Source of the DNA: an uncultured virus (IMG/VR IMGVR_UViG_3300032138_000963)
Taxonomy: Duplodnaviria > Heunggongvirae > Uroviricota > Caudoviricetes
Length of the DNA stretch: 44,186 nt
Virus record (IMG/VR): IMGVR_UViG_3300032138_000963
Reading direction: 5' to 3' (one strand)
Positions within the stretch are counted from its first letter, which is position 1. Every line of letters begins with the position of its first letter. This document shows, piece after piece, positions 26,408-35,801 of this stretch. Under the pieces are notes generated by a model. That model had not been told where the DNA came from. It was given only the letters and a program-made list of their open reading frames with translations, and did no database searches. The position numbers were made by a program, and so were the translations under genes.

Positions 26408-27153
26408 TTCTCGAATGCGATAATCGATTCGATTTTCCAGTCCGGATTAATGATTGAGCCGACGATATCTTCGACGTCCGGCTCACTCCCAGACTCGATC
26501 ACGATCTCGTGGTACGAGCCAGACTCTCCAAGCTTCACTCGCACCACCCACCAGGCCATCGCCACATCGCGCGGGTACGAGCCCTCGACAGCCTCGTCGT
26601 ACTGCCGCTTCTTTCGCATCTCCATCAGCTCAGTCAGCTCGCGGCCCTTCGGCCAATGATAGTCGTCGTCTGAGTCGACTATCGCCATTCCGCGAGCCTT
26701 CATCACGTCCGCTCGCCACCTTGCGAGGTATTCGGAGCCGTCGCTTTGGCCTGCCAGGACGGCTAACACGGCGCGAGGGAACCCCGAGTTGTCGACGGGA
26801 ATACCATTAGGAAGGATGGCTGTGCACTGCCCTCCCCACGGCCTCTCAGGCGAGTGAAGTCCGGAGATCTCCCGCGAGTGATTGAGCGCTAGCAGGGCAT
26901 TCTCCGCCGTGAAGTCCTCGAGCGTCAGCGACTCGAACTTGTGCACCAACAGGCGAACTATGATGCCCTCATACGCGGAGTGATCTCCGCCGGCCGTCTG
27001 CCTTGTCCAATCTCGTAAACTCCGCTCGGTCAGCGCAGCGATATCGTAGTCGCCAAGCTCACCATCGTGTATCGCCTCGACCTTGATGTCAGTTCGAGGG
27101 AGCCCTAGATTTTCGAGCCATCTCAGTCGTTCTGGATCAACTTTGAGTTCCAT
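26395..27153 (-). CDS. hypothetical protein (start MELKVD)
   Basis: Starts directly after upstream stop. Confidence 0.65.
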   Translation of the reverse strand: MELKVDPERLRWLENLGLPRTDIKVEAIHDGELGDYDIAALTERSLRDWTRQTAGGDHSAYEGIIVRLLVHKFESLTLEDFTAENALLALNHSREISGLHSPERPWGGQCTAILPNGIPVDNSGFPRAVLAVLAGQSDGSEYLARWRADVMKARGMAIVDSDDDYHWPKGRELTELMEMRKKRQYDEAVEGSYPRDVAMAWWVVRVKLGESGSYHEIVIESGSEPDVEDIVGSIINPDWKIESIIAFEKWCK

Positions 27154-27154
27154 C

Positions 27155-27493
27155 TCAGGTCTCCGGTTCCACTGTGAGAATGTATTCGTTTCCGTCGAGT
27201 TCGAATTCCCACTCGCCCCACGGTCTATCTTCAACCTCAGAACAAGAGATCTCGTAAAGGTCACCGGTGTCACCGGTCTCAAAGAGAACCGCCTGGCACC
27301 AGCACGGGTGCTCGTCTGGTTCGCTGTCGGCGCAGACCTGTACGGTGATCACCATTCCATCTGGGAATTTGACATCCCAGTCGTAAACGGTTGAGTCTCG
27401 ATCGACCTCGTCACGGCCAGGAGGTTTTACGCAGATCTCTGTGACGCGCTCGACCGTTGGTCTCTCGATGACGATCGTCTTCTCGTACTTCAT
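27155..27493 (-). CDS. hypothetical protein
   Basis: ATGA coupling. Confidence 0.7.
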   Translation of the reverse strand: MKYEKTIVIERPTVERVTEICVKPPGRDEVDRDSTVYDWDVKFPDGMVITVQVCADSEPDEHPCWCQAVLFETGDTGDLYEISCSEVEDRPWGEWEFELDGNEYILTVEPET

Positions 27494-28281
27494 GCTCCCA
27501 TTGCCCTTTCAGCGCATGACTCTTGGATGCTGTCCCATTGATCCTGTTCGTAGCTCTCGATTTCCTCGTTGAGCCACTCGGGAAATTGCGGGATCGCTTC
27601 AACCCTTTTCCCGTGGCAGGTTGGACACGTAACATCGTATCGGCCGGAGAAGTACGCTTCCTCGAAGTCGGGGTCATCGTAGAAGTCCTCCTGCGAAAGT
27701 CCGCCGCAGTCGATCTCTGGTCGGACTACCTTCCCTGAGCCTGAGCACTGCGAGCAGACCTCGAACTTGCTCCGCACGCGCATGCAGCAAGGGAACTCTT
27801 CTCCGTCTTTGCGACGGAACATCTCAAACCCCATCTCCTTGAGAATGTTCTCGGGCGGGTTTTCCGATTTGGCCCGCTCGTAGAGCTTCTCGAACTCGTC
27901 GTTGGCGGGGGATTTCGCGTTCTGAGCATCCTGAAAGAGCGCATTCAGACGCATCTTCTCGTCCGACGGGACCTTCCAAAAGGTATTGTCGTGCTCATCG
28001 AGCGTCGCCTTTCTGGCGATGTCGTGAATATCCATCACCTCTTGAGCTGCCGCACGCAAATCTCTGTAGGCCTGCGTGAAATCCTCTTCGTCCTCGACCC
28101 ACTTACGCGCGAGTTCTTCGACCTTGTCCCAGACAAGGTGTTCGAAGACCCACTCATCGTCGAATGAGACGACCGACGAATCAGATTCCTGGTGGACGAT
28201 TTCCCAGCAGCTCGAGAACATCGCAGCCTGGACCCGGGAGTCGTGCCAGTAGTTGTAGTTTTCCATCCTCGGATCACCCAT
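27490..28281 (-). CDS. protein with C-terminal DnaJ-type CxxCxG Zn finger
   Basis: VCSQCSGSG...YDVTCPTCHGKRV...AERAMGA. Confidence 0.7.
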   Translation of the reverse strand: MGDPRMENYNYWHDSRVQAAMFSSCWEIVHQESDSSVVSFDDEWVFEHLVWDKVEELARKWVEDEEDFTQAYRDLRAAAQEVMDIHDIARKATLDEHDNTFWKVPSDEKMRLNALFQDAQNAKSPANDEFEKLYERAKSENPPENILKEMGFEMFRRKDGEEFPCCMRVRSKFEVCSQCSGSGKVVRPEIDCGGLSQEDFYDDPDFEEAYFSGRYDVTCPTCHGKRVEAIPQFPEWLNEEIESYEQDQWDSIQESCAERAMGA

Positions 28282-28292
28282 CGTTCTTCTCC

Positions 28293-28547
28293 TTACCAGT
28301 CGTAGGTCTGCAAACCGTCGAATGTCGACGCGTCTTGATCGAACAGCACCAGCACGCACTTGTGCTTTCTGGCCTCAGCCAAAATCGGCTTGAGCCACTC
28401 CGCACCCTCCTCGGTTGCGTCTGTGACCCAGACGATCCACCCGAACTCATGACTCTCCACGCGCACATCGCCAAAATCCGGACTCGGATTCGGAACATGA
28501 GCCGTCGACAAGTCGAGGAGGGTGCGGAAATTGATCTCGTTACCCAT
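28293..28547 (-). CDS. hypothetical protein
   Basis: LDLSTAHV...FGWIVWV...FDQDA motif. Confidence 0.75.
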   Translation of the reverse strand: MGNEINFRTLLDLSTAHVPNPSPDFGDVRVESHEFGWIVWVTDATEEGAEWLKPILAEARKHKCVLVLFDQDASTFDGLQTYDW

Positions 28548-28548
28548 C

Positions 28549-29085
28549 TCAGCCTTCCCCGACGGGCTCCTGGGATTCTTTGTCCTGCTTGTTCTTGTGC
28601 ATCAGCTCGACGCCGCCCATCATCTCCCCATCCTGAATGCCGCCAGACGGAGCCCATCCTCCTCGGCAAACGGTGAGCCATTCCTCGTAGCTCGCCGTGA
28701 AGCTGCCGAAAGACGACGCTCCATTGTCGGCGAGCCAGCGGGCCAACTCTTCCGGAGTCTCGAACGCTGGGGAGATCGGAGTCCCCTCGGAGGTGTTCTC
28801 GTACATCATCAGATGCGTCCGCTCCTCCTTGGGCCAGTCCGGCATGTAATACTCCGGATTATCAGGTCGCTCGCCGTGCCACTCCTCGAAGGAGTACTTT
28901 TCGTAGTGCTCGTCCTTCGCGTATGGGTCTTCCCGATCGTCCCACTTCCGCTTGTCCTCGTCCCACTCGGCACACGCCGCCTGGAAGGATTCGTTGAACA
29001 TTGGCCGAGCTTCCTCGCCGCGATACTCGTTGATGTACGTGGGGTGCTCCCAGTCCTTCGGAACCATTCTGACTTCTCGACCCAT
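28549..29085 (-). CDS. phage hypothetical protein (start MGREVR)
   Basis: MGREVRMVP...MYENTSEGTPISPAF. Confidence 0.8.
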   Translation of the reverse strand: MGREVRMVPKDWEHPTYINEYRGEEARPMFNESFQAACAEWDEDKRKWDDREDPYAKDEHYEKYSFEEWHGERPDNPEYYMPDWPKEERTHLMMYENTSEGTPISPAFETPEELARWLADNGASSFGSFTASYEEWLTVCRGGWAPSGGIQDGEMMGGVELMHKNKQDKESQEPVGEG

Positions 29086-29090
29086 AATCC

Positions 29091-29633
29091 TCAGTTCTCC
29101 TCGATTGGAGCGATCGCATTGTCGCTCAGGCATTCGTAGACGTGGTAACAGCAGACCTCTTGGATCTGATCCCCCTCGTCGTAGATGTATTCGCACTGCG
29201 GCTCGTGAGCGCCGATGTACGGTCCCCACTTGTGCCAGCGCCAGCCGCCGGATTCGGATTGCTCAGCCTTCACCACCCTCGAGAAGCTGACCACGTACTT
29301 CTTTTCGGAAGCAAGGATCCACTTGCCGATGTCGTGCTCGAAAAACTGCTCAGGCGAATCGCAGACGCCGAAGCAGTCGAACTCGTACATCTTGAAGGTT
29401 TCCGATTCGAGCGTGATGCGACCAAGCTCGGGGTACCGGAGCCAGTATCCGAACTCCTCTCCCACCTCTCGCGGGAATGAGAGAACGTGTTGGAGACAAT
29501 GGTCGAAGCTGAAGTGATTGATCTCGTATGCTCCGCGGCGCAGTCGCTTGGGCGTAGGGTCTCCGCCACCGATCGCGGCAAGCAATCCGCCCAGGCCGCC
29601 TCCGTCGTTGATGTGCAACGGGTCAGCGAGCAT
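29091..29633 (-). CDS. phage hypothetical protein
   Basis: GVCDSPEQ...GGWRWHKWGPYIG. Confidence 0.8.
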   Translation of the reverse strand: MLADPLHINDGGGLGGLLAAIGGGDPTPKRLRRGAYEINHFSFDHCLQHVLSFPREVGEEFGYWLRYPELGRITLESETFKMYEFDCFGVCDSPEQFFEHDIGKWILASEKKYVVSFSRVVKAEQSESGGWRWHKWGPYIGAHEPQCEYIYDEGDQIQEVCCYHVYECLSDNAIAPIEEN

Positions 29634-29803
29634 CAGCCTTCCACATCCTCAACGCTCACCTCGTTCTCGTCGCAGACCGCGCTCTCCCCGTAGCTCTCCA
29701 GGTCCCGGACCAGGGCTTCGCCGGCCGCCTGGGCAAGATCCAGTATCAGCGACGGGTCGGCGTCGGACTTGATGGGGATTGTGATTTTGAGCTTGGTCGT
29801 CAT
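29633..29803 (-). CDS. small hypothetical protein (start MTTKLK)
   Basis: ATGA coupling. Confidence 0.6.
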   Translation of the reverse strand: MTTKLKITIPIKSDADPSLILDLAQAAGEALVRDLESYGESAVCDENEVSVEDVEG

Positions 29804-30258
29804 TTCTTCTTCCTCTTGTTCCAGGCGTCGGCCTTCTTCTGCAGCCACTCGTAGGTGCTGAGGATTTCGATCCTCTCGGCCGTGACGAATGCTGCCCCTC
29901 CGCCGAACTCTCCGGGACGTGCCTTGCTGCAGGTTTCGGCCCATGCAATGCACCAGCTCGCATCGGGGTGACGCTCTCGGAATAGGTCCTGCACCAGCTT
30001 GGCTGCGTGATACCAGTTCCCGTATTCCTCGGCGTAGAAGATGACCTCGCGCTCGGCGAACTGAACCTCGATATCGAGGCCGGACATCTGATCGATGTCG
30101 TCCAGATCGTACTCGCCGCACTCCGAGAGAAACTCCTCCCACTCCTCACCGTCTGGGTCGGGAGGAGTTTCGAAGTAATCAATCTTGTCCTTGATCCACT
30201 GACGGTCAGCATCGTCTACCTGCAAGCCCTCGCTGAATTGAACATAGTTGTCAGCCAT
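29800..30258 (-). CDS. phage hypothetical protein
   Basis: MADNYVQFS...WAETCSKARPGEFGGGA; GGAGG RBS. Confidence 0.8.
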   Translation of the reverse strand: MADNYVQFSEGLQVDDADRQWIKDKIDYFETPPDPDGEEWEEFLSECGEYDLDDIDQMSGLDIEVQFAEREVIFYAEEYGNWYHAAKLVQDLFRERHPDASWCIAWAETCSKARPGEFGGGAAFVTAERIEILSTYEWLQKKADAWNKRKKK

Positions 30259-30535
30259 TCGTTTCCTCCCAATCGATCTCGCTGAACGATGCGTGCAGCA
30301 CGTTGCCAGACGAAATCCGCTTCAGGAATTCGCCCTCACCGATGTCGACTTTCTCCCTGTCGACCTCCGTGCCGTCTTTCTTGACGAACTGAAGGCTGGC
30401 GTCGTGACCGTCCAGCTCCATCATCGCAGCGTCGAGCGCATCGTCGGGCGTGTCGATTCCGTCGTCGACGGTCACCCGGATGCTCACCGAGCAGCAGTAG
30501 GGAACGGTCACATAGTAGGATTTTGGATCTGCCAT
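30251..30535 (-). CDS. hypothetical protein (start MADPKS)
   Basis: ORF tiling. Confidence 0.7.
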   Translation of the reverse strand: MADPKSYYVTVPYCCSVSIRVTVDDGIDTPDDALDAAMMELDGHDASLQFVKKDGTEVDREKVDIGEGEFLKRISSGNVLHASFSEIDWEETNG

Positions 30536-30537
30536 AT

Positions 30538-31146
30538 TCAACCTTCCGGAACCAGATCCCACAGCTCACTCGTCTCGCACCAGGGCGTTTCGTAGTCGCC
30601 CATGGAATCGATTCCGAAGCCGAGGAAGTTCCCGGCAACGACGCCTCCGTAGTCGTAGACATCGTCCGGCTTTTCGCTCTCAACGACCTTCTCGATGGTC
30701 GTGTCGTTGAGCTTCTCGAACTTCTCGAGGAGATTCCTCGCGTGTTCGACAGCCTGAGGCGGCGTCGTCGGAGCCAGGTGGGTGACCTCGCCGCGCGGAG
30801 GGTCGCCACGCTCCTCCATCACATCGGCCCAGGCCGAGGCCCACAGGTACCGGGCCATCGCGTTGATGATGGTCGTGCGAATCTCAGACTCGCCCAGGAC
30901 AGCCTTCATCGCCGCAACAATCTCCAGAACCTCTTGCTGATGCTCCTCATGGGCCTCATGCCCGATTGCCCCCTCCATGTTTGCGAGGGCTCGACGAAAG
31001 GTGCTCTCGTACACCATCTCGCCCGCAATCGTGCATGAGGAGATCGAGTAGATAGGGTCGTACATCGACGAGTGCCAGTCGGTTAGGCGCATGCCCAGAT
31101 CCGCAGGCACCCTTATTTTCCTGTCGCTGTCTTCTTCCATTACCAT
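30538..31146 (-). CDS. hypothetical protein
   Basis: ORF tiling, GGAGG RBS. Confidence 0.7.
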   Translation of the reverse strand: MVMEEDSDRKIRVPADLGMRLTDWHSSMYDPIYSISSCTIAGEMVYESTFRRALANMEGAIGHEAHEEHQQEVLEIVAAMKAVLGESEIRTTIINAMARYLWASAWADVMEERGDPPRGEVTHLAPTTPPQAVEHARNLLEKFEKLNDTTIEKVVESEKPDDVYDYGGVVAGNFLGFGIDSMGDYETPWCETSELWDLVPEG

Positions 31147-31334
31147 TCCTCCGGAATGTCTCGGAATTCTTCCTTCAGTTCGAGCGCAAGGGGCTCGTCA
31201 CCCTCGAGCGTTCCTCGGACTCGATTCAGCGTTCGCTCATCTCCGTATCCGACAGCAACGTCGTCGACGAAGATCGCGTGGGTGAAAACCTGAGGTCTTC
31301 GCCCTTCCCGATTCCTGATCTTGATCTGCGTCAC
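31140..31334 (-). CDS. small hypothetical protein
   Basis: GTGA overlap. Confidence 0.6.
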   Translation of the reverse strand: MTQIKIRNREGRRPQVFTHAIFVDDVAVGYGDERTLNRVRGTLEGDEPLALELKEEFRDIPEEW

Positions 31335-31702
31335 CTGAAGATCTCGATGTACTTCTCGATGGCCGCGGAAATAGGCCTCGTGTCTTCCGGCGCTTCCTGG
31401 TGCCAGTCCCACTTGACATAGGAAATTACCTGGATCCCGTTGAGCGGCATTTTTTCAGATGGTATGACCAAATAGTCGGACCATCTGAAAAACTTCGAGT
31501 CGATCACGCCGTCGTTCTTGTTGAGGATCTTGACCGAAAAGCCGACATAGTGGCATTGGGTAGGAATCCGTCCCGGGCCGCGAATGCTCAGCGTGATCTT
31601 CGCGCGACGCTCATTATCGATGGGTGCATACCCGGTCAGATCGAACCAGGCAATATCGATCTCCCACTTGAACGTGCGGCAAAACTCTTCCTTGCTGTTC
31701 AT
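31331..31702 (-). CDS. hypothetical protein (start MNSKEE)
   Basis: GAGGA RBS, ATGA overlap. Confidence 0.7.
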   Translation of the reverse strand: MNSKEEFCRTFKWEIDIAWFDLTGYAPIDNERRAKITLSIRGPGRIPTQCHYVGFSVKILNKNDGVIDSKFFRWSDYLVIPSEKMPLNGIQVISYVKWDWHQEAPEDTRPISAAIEKYIEIFR

Positions 31703-32106
31703 CGCGTCCTCGCATTCAGGGCTTCGCAAAGTCCGGCGGAGATCACCTTCTCATACCACCATGGGGGGTATCCCCCAGGACCGGTGCCGACCTTCTTCAC
31801 CTTGTCGCAGATCGCATTCCACTCCTCGTCGGTTTTAGCCGCTTTCAAAAGCGGCACTACGACGTCTGCGTCTGTGTAGTCCGTGCGATCCGGTTCGGTC
31901 ATCGGCACTTTTCTCAACTCACTCTCTTCGTATTCGTAGCCATCATCAGGGCACACCGCGTCCTCGAGCACCACCCCGTAGATGACCTTACCGAAATGCG
32001 GCGGATCAATTCGGACAACCACCCCCTCTTGAGGGTTGTCATCCTCGTCCAGCACGACGACATTGTCGCCGATCTGGAACCCACTACTCTTGGTGACGCT
32101 GGTCAT
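31699..32106 (-). CDS. protein with N-terminal SH3-like barrel (start MTSVTK)
   Basis: FQIGDNVVV...EGVVVRI...YGVVL...YEESELRKV; GGAG RBS. Confidence 0.65.
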   Translation of the reverse strand: MTSVTKSSGFQIGDNVVVLDEDDNPQEGVVVRIDPPHFGKVIYGVVLEDAVCPDDGYEYEESELRKVPMTEPDRTDYTDADVVVPLLKAAKTDEEWNAICDKVKKVGTGPGGYPPWWYEKVISAGLCEALNARTR

Positions 32107-32129
32107 TTTTACGCTCTCCGAAAAAAAAA

Positions 32130-32244
32130 GGCACCCCGGGCAAGGATTCGAACCTGCATAGCCATCTCGCTGCGTACGGGACTCGTTGGGCAGGCAACTG
32201 CCACCTACTTGAGTCACTGACGAGTTGCCAGCGAGTACCGGGGT
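32130..32244 (-). ncRNA. tRNA-like RNA with canonical acceptor stem and T-arm but non-canonical core
   Basis: ACCCCGG/CCGGGGT 7-bp stem, U8-A9, GCAGG-TTCGAAT-CCTTGC T-arm, 3' GCC then T9; internal rod CTCGCTG/CAGCGAG, ACTCGT/ACGAGT, GGCAG/CTGCC. Confidence 0.6.
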
Positions 32245-32251
32245 ATATGGG

Positions 32252-32620
32252 TCAGTTTAGGTCTCGAAAGTTCTCGTGATTGGGCCAGTAAATGCCCTTT
32301 TCGGCCATCGTCGTCAAGACCGCGGGCGCGACGGCGAGAATCTTGGAGGAGTACCACATCTCGTCCAGCTCGTCCTCTGACGCGTCGCGCATCGTGTCGG
32401 CAGCAGAGTCCCAGACCGTAGCGAACTCCTTGAGCGACATCGTCGTGTTGCCGATGCCGTAAGTGAACGTCAGGTCGCGCCACTGCGCCTGGAGGTAGAC
32501 CTTCCCGAAATCGTCGACGCCGGCGTAGATCTGATCAGCCGTGTACCCGAGCTGCCGAAAGAACTGCCAGGCACACAGCGCCTCGCGTACGACTCCTGAG
32601 AGATCTGCGAGCTTAGTCAC
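32252..32620 (-). CDS. hypothetical protein
   Basis: ORF tiling. Confidence 0.7.
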   Translation of the reverse strand: MTKLADLSGVVREALCAWQFFRQLGYTADQIYAGVDDFGKVYLQAQWRDLTFTYGIGNTTMSLKEFATVWDSAADTMRDASEDELDEMWYSSKILAVAPAVLTTMAEKGIYWPNHENFRDLN

Positions 32621-33839
32621 CGTTTTCCATCCGCTCGATGGCCTCGGGATCGATCTCGTTTCCGGTCACGTTCCAGGTTTCTGCCGGCGGGAAGAATCGG
32701 TCGCCGCGTTGGTTGTACCAAAACTCCGGAAGCTTCCCATCAGCCACCGTGATCAGGTGTAGCCAGTTGTGCTCGACGTAGTGAGCGATCACCGTCGCCA
32801 TTCCGATCTCTGGACGCGTTATTTTCACCCGGTCGCCCGGCATCGGGACAGGTGTCGGTCCCGACCAGTACACATCCTCCGGCTTGGCCAACGTCTTCCC
32901 GTTTCCGTTTTCATGGCCGGGATGCGCCGACCTGGGCAGCACCGCCTCGGGGTCGACGGCATGGTGTGTCGGATAGGCGATCAGGTAGATGTAGCCGTAC
33001 GAGCTATTCGTATTCCCCTTGATCGTGACAAATGCGTCGGAGAAGAGCGTGAAAGTCTTCGCCTCCCGATCTTCCATCCTCCACGTCTGATATCCGACTA
33101 TTTTCGAGAACGCTTCACGAATCGGGGTCGATGGCGGCTTGTCCTCCTCGTCCTCGAGGTCTTCGATGTAGTGGTGATGGCCGCACGAATCGCAGACCCA
33201 CGCATCGAAATCCATGTAGCAGCCCTCCCATTTTCCGCGAACCTTTTTGAACTCCTGGTCGCAGTCCTCGCCCTCCTCCTCGTCCTCGTCGTATTCGTTC
33301 TCGCAGTAACTTGGAGGATCCGGCGGAGGATCTTCCTCGCCTTCCAGCTGCTTTCGCTCCCACTCCTTGTCGTAGGCCTCTTGTCGTTTCGTCTCCCGCT
33401 CGAGCGCTCCGTAGAGCCAGCGTGGATCTGTATCCACCGGATTTTCCGGCACACCGTAGGCTTCCGGCGCGCTGAACCCACTGCCGATGGCACCCCACGA
33501 CGCGAACAGCTCCGGCTCCTCCCGCTTCCGTCGGTACCAGTAGTCTCGAAGCTGCGCCTCTGACAAATCCTTGTACGGATACCAGCCGTCACGCAAACGC
33601 TTGGCCTCTTCAATGGCGCGAGGGAGTGCCCCATCGAGCGCCTTCTTGAAAGCCGCGCGCAGCTCCTTCGGACCCGCCCAAGTTTGCCGATCCGGCAACA
33701 GGCTGAAGCCGCACCCTTGGTCGGCGATAGCTCGCGCTCCCCATGCAACCGGCGCATCTTCAGGGCATTCGTTCCACAGGCCAAACGACCAGGACTTATC
33801 CAGGTCGTCGTGTATCTTCTTTGCGGCACTCATATTCAC
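32613..33839 (-). CDS. multidomain hypothetical protein (acidic tract, Zn ribbon, C-terminal SH3-like)
   Basis: 408-aa ORF; WVCDSCGH; PMPGDRVKI...IGMATV. Confidence 0.7.
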   Translation of the reverse strand: MNMSAAKKIHDDLDKSWSFGLWNECPEDAPVAWGARAIADQGCGFSLLPDRQTWAGPKELRAAFKKALDGALPRAIEEAKRLRDGWYPYKDLSEAQLRDYWYRRKREEPELFASWGAIGSGFSAPEAYGVPENPVDTDPRWLYGALERETKRQEAYDKEWERKQLEGEEDPPPDPPSYCENEYDEDEEEGEDCDQEFKKVRGKWEGCYMDFDAWVCDSCGHHHYIEDLEDEEDKPPSTPIREAFSKIVGYQTWRMEDREAKTFTLFSDAFVTIKGNTNSSYGYIYLIAYPTHHAVDPEAVLPRSAHPGHENGNGKTLAKPEDVYWSGPTPVPMPGDRVKITRPEIGMATVIAHYVEHNWLHLITVADGKLPEFWYNQRGDRFFPPAETWNVTGNEIDPEAIERMENGD

Positions 33840-34447
33840 ACTCCTAGGAAACCTGACTGTCGGAACAGCTGCAGCAGCGCGATGCTGTTGCGTAAATCAT
33901 CCACGGCCCGATGGGCCACTTCTATCTCTGGTATCTCCAGCTGAGGGGACCAACGGCGGGCGCACTCACGGATACCGCTCACGTCGATATTCCGATAGTG
34001 GAGCACGTCGATCACCTTCAGCATGTGACGCCGGATGAAACGGCGGTCGAAGTGGATGCTCGACCCACACATAGGCGCACGCTTTTCCATTCCCTCGTAC
34101 ACGCCGTGCTTGTTGAGGAACTTGACGATGCCGTCCTCCACGACGCCCACCGTTGGATCGATGTTCTCCGCGCGGTGGAACTCTTCTTTGAGCTGATCAA
34201 TCAGCCCGCTGTCGAAATGCTGCTCCCAACAAGGAATGTCCGAGTGTTTTGTTCGGGGCTGACCCGCACGAATCAAGCTGTCAGGATGGCAGTCAATGAT
34301 GAAGCTCGAGAGCATTCCAAGCTCGTTGAGGTCGTTGTCGGTCACGATGACCGCGATCTCGAGCATGATGTCGTAGTCCTCGACCCCCGTCGTTTCGATA
34401 TCGATCCACACGAGGCGATCGCTGACTTTCTTTTTTTCTTCGCTCAT
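33836..34447 (-). CDS. orn: oligoribonuclease (DEDDh exonuclease)
   Basis: LVWIDIETTG, EIAVIVTDNDLN, CGSSIHFDRRF, HYRNIDVS, HRAVDDLRNS. Confidence 0.92.
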   Translation of the reverse strand: MSEEKKKVSDRLVWIDIETTGVEDYDIMLEIAVIVTDNDLNELGMLSSFIIDCHPDSLIRAGQPRTKHSDIPCWEQHFDSGLIDQLKEEFHRAENIDPTVGVVEDGIVKFLNKHGVYEGMEKRAPMCGSSIHFDRRFIRRHMLKVIDVLHYRNIDVSGIRECARRWSPQLEIPEIEVAHRAVDDLRNSIALLQLFRQSGFLGV

Positions 34448-34863
34448 CCAGCTTCCTTGAACTTCGTGATGCGGAAATCGTACAACCGCTCCGTGATCCC
34501 TTCCAGATCATCGACCGGGTACTTGTGCTGCTCGCCGTCCAAGTCCTTCAGCAGCCCCATCAGGGAACCGGCGTCGTTCAGCCTATCGGTCAACTCGTCC
34601 TTGACGCGCTCGAGAAACTCTGCGTCGAATGGAATCTCTTCAGCCGGCTCTTTCGAGCCCGACCACATGACCGTTCCGAAGCAATCGTCGATCTTCAAGT
34701 CCTTCGCCCCCTCAGGGAGCCTGATGATCTTGAACTCGCGCAGACTAGAACCCTGGCGCAGGCAGTTCGTAAACGACTTTATCGCCGTATTTCCCTGACC
34801 CCACGAATAGGCTCCACGGGTAACGTAGATTGGATCGGGCTTTCGCTCTTCTTTTTCGTCCAT
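34444..34863 (-). CDS. hypothetical protein
   Basis: ORF tiling. Confidence 0.7.
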   Translation of the reverse strand: MDEKEERKPDPIYVTRGAYSWGQGNTAIKSFTNCLRQGSSLREFKIIRLPEGAKDLKIDDCFGTVMWSGSKEPAEEIPFDAEFLERVKDELTDRLNDAGSLMGLLKDLDGEQHKYPVDDLEGITERLYDFRITKFKEAG

Positions 34864-34866
34864 ATC

Positions 34867-35097
34867 TCAGTCTTCCTTTTCGAGTGTGACGATCTCGTAT
34901 TCGGGAACGTGGCAGATTTCGATGAACTCATCGTCACGATCCGCCTCGGTGCCCGCGCCCTCCCATTCCCCTCCCTCGTTGATGACTTCGATGACGAAGT
35001 CTTCGGTCAGCTCGACCCCTTTCGCCACGCGAAAAAGCATCAAATCCTGACCGTGACGGTGATGGTACGCCACAATGTAGAGGTCGAACTCTCCCAT
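34867..35097 (-). CDS. small acidic protein
   Basis: YHHRHGQD motif; tiling. Confidence 0.7.
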   Translation of the reverse strand: MGEFDLYIVAYHHRHGQDLMLFRVAKGVELTEDFVIEVINEGGEWEGAGTEADRDDEFIEICHVPEYEIVTLEKED

Positions 35098-35098
35098 C

Positions 35099-35509
35099 TC
35101 AGATCTCGTGATGCTGAATCTCGTTCAGCAGTTGGTCGGTATCAAACAGGGCCAACCACCGCGAGGCGAGGATGGCGTTGTTCTTCACGATGAGCAAAGT
35201 CCCATCCCCTCGCGTCACCAGCTCGAAATACCAGGTGTCGTGGTCGGGCAGCAGCATGTGCTCGTTGACCCAAGTGACGACGTCGGGTCGCGCCTTGACG
35301 TGGAGGGAGTGCTCGAGTTCGGTGCTGGAACACGAGCAGAAATCGCTCACGCCGCGCACGGTCGGATACTTCTTGCTCAGCCCCTCGTGAAAACGGTGCC
35401 ACTTCCACTCTGAGAACAGCTCTCGGAACTCTGTGCACTCGGGGAACGCGAGAGGTTTCGAGCACGGCCAATCTTCGCCCATGTTTTGCTTGTATTCGAG
35501 TTCTGGCAT
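35099..35509 (-). CDS. hypothetical protein
   Basis: ORF tiling. Confidence 0.7.
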   Translation of the reverse strand: MPELEYKQNMGEDWPCSKPLAFPECTEFRELFSEWKWHRFHEGLSKKYPTVRGVSDFCSCSSTELEHSLHVKARPDVVTWVNEHMLLPDHDTWYFELVTRGDGTLLIVKNNAILASRWLALFDTDQLLNEIQHHEI

Positions 35510-35510
35510 T

Positions 35511-35801
35511 CTAGATCTCCACCTCGTAGGTGTCCCTCAGAAACCGCTTGGCTTCTTCCTCTGTTTTGTAGACTGCCCAGTCAGTGCAGTCCAGGTATCC
35601 AGGCGCTGAAAGTCGGGCTCCCCATCCAGACAAAAGCTTGTGCTCGATGTAGTCGCCCTCGATGTGGTCGTCGAGATTTTCTGGAGTAGGGTTTTCCCCG
35701 GCCACGTCTCTGGGGACGAAGAATATCCCGTCCGTCGAGGAGACCTCGCACCAGTCTCCGTAAACCAACTGCGGCTGCATGAATTCAGTCTTGCTGCTCA
35801 T
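35511..35801 (-). CDS. phage hypothetical protein
   Basis: GWGARLSAPGYLDCTDW motif. Confidence 0.75.
   Translation of the reverse strand: MSSKTEFMQPQLVYGDWCEVSSTDGIFFVPRDVAGENPTPENLDDHIEGDYIEHKLLSGWGARLSAPGYLDCTDWAVYKTEEEAKRFLRDTYEVEI

Noticed and set aside
6078..32210. Shared GTAGG pentamer in three structured gaps
   Set aside because: Too short to distinguish from chance, and it sits in different structural contexts.
32130..32244. Canonical tRNA-Leu(CAA), tRNA-Sec or tmRNA call
   Set aside because: No anticodon stem or D stem, the core is too long, CCA is not encoded, and there is no G3-U70 or tag ORF; reported as tRNA-like instead.
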